A stretch of 32,000 nucleotides of DNA. It comes from Aliivibrio fischeri ES114. Its GTDB lineage: Bacteria; Pseudomonadota; Gammaproteobacteria; Enterobacterales; Vibrionaceae. The stretch lies in assembly GCF_000011805.1 (NCBI RefSeq), contig NC_006840.2. One strand, written 5' to 3'. Position 1 is the first letter of the stretch; the number at the start of each line of letters is the position of its first letter. A program made the translations under genes and the position numbers. Below are positions 28,195 through 32,000 of this stretch, piece by piece. Under the pieces are notes generated by a model. The model was not told the origin of the DNA. It made no database searches and saw only the letters and a list, made by a program, of their open reading frames with translations.

Positions 28195-29184
28195 ATGCTT
28201 CTTACTATAGCTATACCAACTTTTAATCGAGCTGAAAAGCTGGACTTGCAACTTAAAAATATTTGTGACCAATTAATTGAACTAAAAAGAGATGATATCT
28301 GTATCTTAGTTCAAGATAACCATTCAGATGATCAAACAACAGAGATTAGTAATAAATATATGTCTAAATTTGAAAGTATAGACTTTGTTTATTTTAGAAA
28401 TGAGTCTAATTTAGGCTTTGATCGAAATGTTAATTTGTGTTTGACTAATTCAAAAAGCAAATATACTTGGATATTATCTGATGATGATGATCTCAATAGT
28501 AATGCAATATTAACTATTATATCTGAAATAGATAGAAATGTTGGTAAATTTAATTTTGCTTTCATTAATTATATAGTTAGGTCATCTGAAGGTGTATGTG
28601 CGAATAAGTGCCCTAATATAAAAACTAAACTTGTTAATGGTATGAATTTACTTTATGAGATTGAACTATCTCATTCATTTATAAGTTCTTGTATATTTGA
28701 AGTTAAATCATGGCTAAATAAAGATGTGTCAGAATACTTTGATTCTCTCTGGATCCATCTGCTTGTAGCTAGAGATATTGTCCCTAACGGCAAGACCCTC
28801 TTAATTTCAGAACCCGTTATTACCATGAATATGCCTTCATTAGAAGAATCGAGAGATTCGGTTATATATGAAGATAAATTAGAGTTTTATACCAATGCAC
28901 ATATTCGAATTAGTAAGTTTTGTCACGAACTTGATAATTACGGCTACTCTAATGACTTGAAGCAGTATTTAGTCAATAAGTGTAGAGATTATGATCGACG
29001 ACAGGTTATTAACTATAAATTAACTGTCGAGCGAAATAGTTTTAAAGATATGGTTAGAATCGCAAAAGCGTATTATTCTGTAAAGAATAATACATGGAGT
29101 TATTTTTTGGTTTTATTGCCATTGATTTTATTACCAAGAGAGTTTTTCAAAGCTTTAAAGTGGCTTAAATATGTTCTTAAATAA
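28195..29184 (+). CDS. Glycosyltransferase family 2
   Basis: LLTIAIPTFNRAEKLDLQLKNICDQL, VQDNHSDDQT, YTWILSDDDDLNSNA. Confidence 0.92.
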   Translation: MLLTIAIPTFNRAEKLDLQLKNICDQLIELKRDDICILVQDNHSDDQTTEISNKYMSKFESIDFVYFRNESNLGFDRNVNLCLTNSKSKYTWILSDDDDLNSNAILTIISEIDRNVGKFNFAFINYIVRSSEGVCANKCPNIKTKLVNGMNLLYEIELSHSFISSCIFEVKSWLNKDVSEYFDSLWIHLLVARDIVPNGKTLLISEPVITMNMPSLEESRDSVIYEDKLEFYTNAHIRISKFCHELDNYGYSNDLKQYLVNKCRDYDRRQVINYKLTVERNSFKDMVRIAKAYYSVKNNTWSYFLVLLPLILLPREFFKALKWLKYVLK

Positions 29185-30448
29185 GAAGATTAATAACAGG
29201 ATTTTAAATTTTAGTTTTATATTGCGTGGGATATCTTCAGGAGTTAAATTTCTTTTTGTTTTATATTTGGCAAGCTTCGCTTCTGGAGTTGTCGTTGGTC
29301 AATATGCTCTTATTGCTACGATAACTGCTATTACTGTTCAGTTAATTGGTTTTGATGTTACAACTATAATTGGTCGCCTAATTCATAAAACCGAACGTAA
29401 TGGTAAAGTTAAACTACTAGAGTCACAATATTCTTTTTATTTAATAAACTATATTGTTTTCTTTCCGTTAATTTTTTTCTTATTTTTAAAGTTTGTAACA
29501 GACGATTTTTTCTTCGCAATGTTATTTGGATTTACTATTGTAGTAGAGCATTTTTTTACTGAAGTTTTTAGAACATTAGTTTCTTTAGTTAAAGTTAAAT
29601 TTGCAACTATTATTCAATTTTTAAAATCAGTCCCTTATATAGTATTCATCATGCTATCCTCATTTTTTTATAATATTGATATATCTATTGAATTTATCAT
29701 AATATCGTGGTTGGTGAATTTATTACTTGTTTTCATATTTTTCTTTTTTAAATGTTGGAATGGTCTTAATTTAGATTTGTATTTCTTATTTGACAAGAAA
29801 ACATATGTAGGAATTAAACATTTACTTTTCAGTGCGATACCATATTTTTCAATTACAGTATTGGGCGTCCTATTTAGCCAGATAGATAAGTTTTTTATAA
29901 ATGATTATTTAGGTCATGAACTTTTGGGTGTTTACTTTACTTTTTTTACTATTTGTAGTGTTCTTACATTATTTATAAGTTTGACTGTAGGTGTAAATCA
30001 AGGTCCAGTAGTTATAAAAATATTTTCACAATCTGGGGTTGGTGCATATATTTCAGCAAGAAAACGGTTAGTGTCTTCTTATTTTAAGTATATAACGATA
30101 GGTTTTATCGTAAGTTTAATTGTTGGCTCTTTATATATATATATTTCTAATAAAGAAATTTATAGCGACAATTATTTATCCTTCTGTATATTACTTTTAT
30201 CAACAGCAATTCTTGCTTTTGGTCAAGTTTTTAGAGTTGATTTGTATTTACTAGAGAAGGATAAGGTTTTATTTTTAATATATCTTTCATCTTTGTTATT
30301 TAATCTATTGCTGCTATCTATACTGCTACCAATATATGGCGTATTAGGAGCAAGTATAACCTCTTTAATATCAACTTCTTTTATGGTTTTTACAAAAATA
30401 ATGCAGTCTAAAAAATATCTTAAATTGGTGGCTTTAAATGAGTGTTAA
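29171..30448 (+). CDS. wzx: Second oligosaccharide flippase (Wzx-like)
   Basis: 425 aa polytopic; LRGISSGVKFLFVLYLASFASGVVVGQYALIATITAITVQLIGFDV, C-terminal IYGVLGASITSLISTSFMVF. Confidence 0.82.
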   Translation: MFLNKKINNRILNFSFILRGISSGVKFLFVLYLASFASGVVVGQYALIATITAITVQLIGFDVTTIIGRLIHKTERNGKVKLLESQYSFYLINYIVFFPLIFFLFLKFVTDDFFFAMLFGFTIVVEHFFTEVFRTLVSLVKVKFATIIQFLKSVPYIVFIMLSSFFYNIDISIEFIIISWLVNLLLVFIFFFFKCWNGLNLDLYFLFDKKTYVGIKHLLFSAIPYFSITVLGVLFSQIDKFFINDYLGHELLGVYFTFFTICSVLTLFISLTVGVNQGPVVIKIFSQSGVGAYISARKRLVSSYFKYITIGFIVSLIVGSLYIYISNKEIYSDNYLSFCILLLSTAILAFGQVFRVDLYLLEKDKVLFLIYLSSLLFNLLLLSILLPIYGVLGASITSLISTSFMVFTKIMQSKKYLKLVALNEC

Positions 30449-31541
30449 AGTAAATAATGCTATTTTATCAAGGGTGATTATTGACTCTCTTGAGAATGAA
30501 TACGAAATGGATGTTTATTTTAATAGGAAACTAAATAATAAATATATGTTTTTCAGGCCATATGCTAAAAATAATCATAACTTTATTATGTTTTTTTTGG
30601 AGTCTATTCTGTCATTTTTTCTTCTTTTGTTTTCATTTGCGATTCCTATTATTAACTTTAGGTTGATTAGGTTTTATCATAAAGGGGGGTCTAGAAATAT
30701 AATATTTATCCCTTCTCTAAAAGCTCAGTCTATACATGATGATATTGATGTTGACACAAGTAAGTTTGACTCTGAGATATCATTTATTAATGGAAGTAAG
30801 AAAGAAAAAAAACGATTTAAGAGTGGCGATTATACATTGTATTTATATTGTATTTTTTTGTTTTTTAAAAAATATTTTAATTCTCCTTGGTTTTATCGTT
30901 CCATTTTACTTATCCCTGAGATGATTGCTTTAGTTTCTTGTTTGAGGTTATCAAAAGCAAATAATATAGCTATGACAAATCAACTTGATAGATGGGCATA
31001 TCTAATATCGAGTTTTTCTAAAATAAATGATTGTTCTTTATCATTATATCAACATGGAACTGTTATTGGTGAATTTAAGCCAAAGAATAAGTTGCCAATA
31101 GTGAATATTTTATATAGTTATAACCAGGCGGAAAGGGATTTTTTTGAAAGTAACATTATAGATATTCTATGCGATTGTGTTTATTTGAAACCAAAAATAA
31201 AACTATCTGAAATTAGTCATAAAAGTAGTTTGTTGATTATTGGTTCAGGAAGTATTGAGCATTTCTCTATTGAGGTTGAGACTGTAAAATATTTAATGCA
31301 TAATAAGCGGTTTTTTGTATATATAAAACCACACCCGAATTTATTAGTTAATAGGAACTATTTAGAATTTGATAAAGAAAGATTAAGTATTATATCTGAT
31401 AATGTTTTTTTTCCAAATGTGGATGTGGTTATTCATTTTGGTTCTACATTGGCTATTGAATATGAAAATTCAAAAGAGAACATACGTGTAATCGAGTTAA
31501 ATAAAAACTCTAATATAATAGAAAAATTAAATTTAATTTGA
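30438..31541 (+). CDS. Putative glycosyltransferase / polysaccharide biosynthesis protein with QHG and KPHP motifs
   Basis: SLYQHGTVIGEFKPK, VYIKPHPNLLVNR, VDVVIHFGSTLAIEYENS, like GT-B-type capsule transferases. Confidence 0.5.
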   Translation: MSVKVNNAILSRVIIDSLENEYEMDVYFNRKLNNKYMFFRPYAKNNHNFIMFFLESILSFFLLLFSFAIPIINFRLIRFYHKGGSRNIIFIPSLKAQSIHDDIDVDTSKFDSEISFINGSKKEKKRFKSGDYTLYLYCIFLFFKKYFNSPWFYRSILLIPEMIALVSCLRLSKANNIAMTNQLDRWAYLISSFSKINDCSLSLYQHGTVIGEFKPKNKLPIVNILYSYNQAERDFFESNIIDILCDCVYLKPKIKLSEISHKSSLLIIGSGSIEHFSIEVETVKYLMHNKRFFVYIKPHPNLLVNRNYLEFDKERLSIISDNVFFPNVDVVIHFGSTLAIEYENSKENIRVIELNKNSNIIEKLNLI

Positions 31542-31618
31542 ATTTAAAAAGATTAATACCACTGAAATATTTGTAGATCTTTCTTTTTAATGAATTATTG
31601 TGGTTTATAGAGGTTTGA

Positions 31619-32000
31619 ATGTTTAAAGATAAAATATTATTAATCACTGGTGGAACTGGTTCTTTTGGTAACGCAGTTCTAGATCGTTTTTTAGAAACGG
31701 ATATTAAAGAAATACGCATTTTTTCTCGTGATGAAAAAAAGCAAGATGATATGCGTAAAAAGTATAACTCACCTAAGTTAAAGTTTTATATTGGCGATGT
31801 ACGTGACTACAATTCAATTTTATCAGCCTCTCGTGGTGTTGATTTTGTTTTCCATGCAGCAGCATTAAAGCAAGTTCCTTCCTGTGAATTTCATCCGATG
31901 GAAGCGGTGAAAACCAATGTTTTAGGCACGGAGAATGTTCTTGAAGCTTGTATTGCGAATGAAGTTTCTCGTGTTGTATGCTTGAGTACCGATAAAGCGG
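31619..32000 (+). CDS. fnlA: UDP-N-acetylglucosamine 4,6-dehydratase/5-epimerase family (FnlA/WbjB/CapE-like), 3'-truncated
   Basis: Not in the ORF track because it has no stop in the window. ATG at 31619 gives MFKDKILLITGGTGSFGNAVLDRFLETDIKEIRIFSRDEKKQDDMRKKY...HAAALKQVPSCEFHPMEAVKTNVLGTENVLEA...LSTDKA. Confidence 0.88.
   Translation, partial: MFKDKILLITGGTGSFGNAVLDRFLETDIKEIRIFSRDEKKQDDMRKKYNSPKLKFYIGDVRDYNSILSASRGVDFVFHAAALKQVPSCEFHPMEAVKTNVLGTENVLEACIANEVSRVVCLSTDKA

Noticed and set aside
30682-30689. G6 run considered as a phase-variation tract
   Set aside because: Six bases is too short to claim slippage without population data.
30736-30924. Plus-strand ORF inside 30438-31541 in another frame
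   Set aside because: Fully nested in a longer frame with better motif support; no independent start context.
31510-31719. Minus-strand ORF near the start of the FnlA-like gene
   Set aside because: Overlaps the conserved N-terminus of the truncated FnlA/CapE-like frame.

Overview
The window is almost entirely surface-polysaccharide biosynthesis DNA from a gammaproteobacterium. An Alteromonadales/Shewanella-like host is my guess and was not tested. It looks like two adjacent modules. Module 1 (1-19704): a wza (5'-truncated)/wzb/wzc export and tyrosine-kinase set split by unusual CTAG-rich spacers and a four-helix-bundle (S23/IVS-type) ORF. This is followed by rmlB-rmlA-rmlC, an SDR, wzx, glycosyltransferases, an acyltransferase, a candidate wzy, a full CMP-Kdo gene set (kdsA-kdsC-kdsB-kdsD) and a WecA-like initiating transferase. 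Module 2 (from about 20200): an RfaH/ops (JUMPStart) element, then a CDP-3,6-dideoxyhexose pathway (ddhD, ddhA/rfbF, ddhB/rfbG, ddhC/rfbH). Next come a ThDP-dependent acetolactate-synthase-like enzyme and an SDR, together suggesting a yersiniose-type branched-chain sugar (YerE/YerF logic). Then come glycosyltransferases, a second flippase and a 3'-truncated FnlA/CapE-like gene that the ORF track does not list. The most notable non-coding signal is a family of CTAG-rich spacer repeats in the wza-wzb and wzb-wzc gaps and after wecA, including a 7-bp tandem array of about 15 copies. I see no clearly new defence or mobile system. The best candidates for novelty are the CTAG spacer family with its embedded four-helix-bundle gene, the yersiniose-like module, and an SDR whose catalytic Tyr appears to be Phe.
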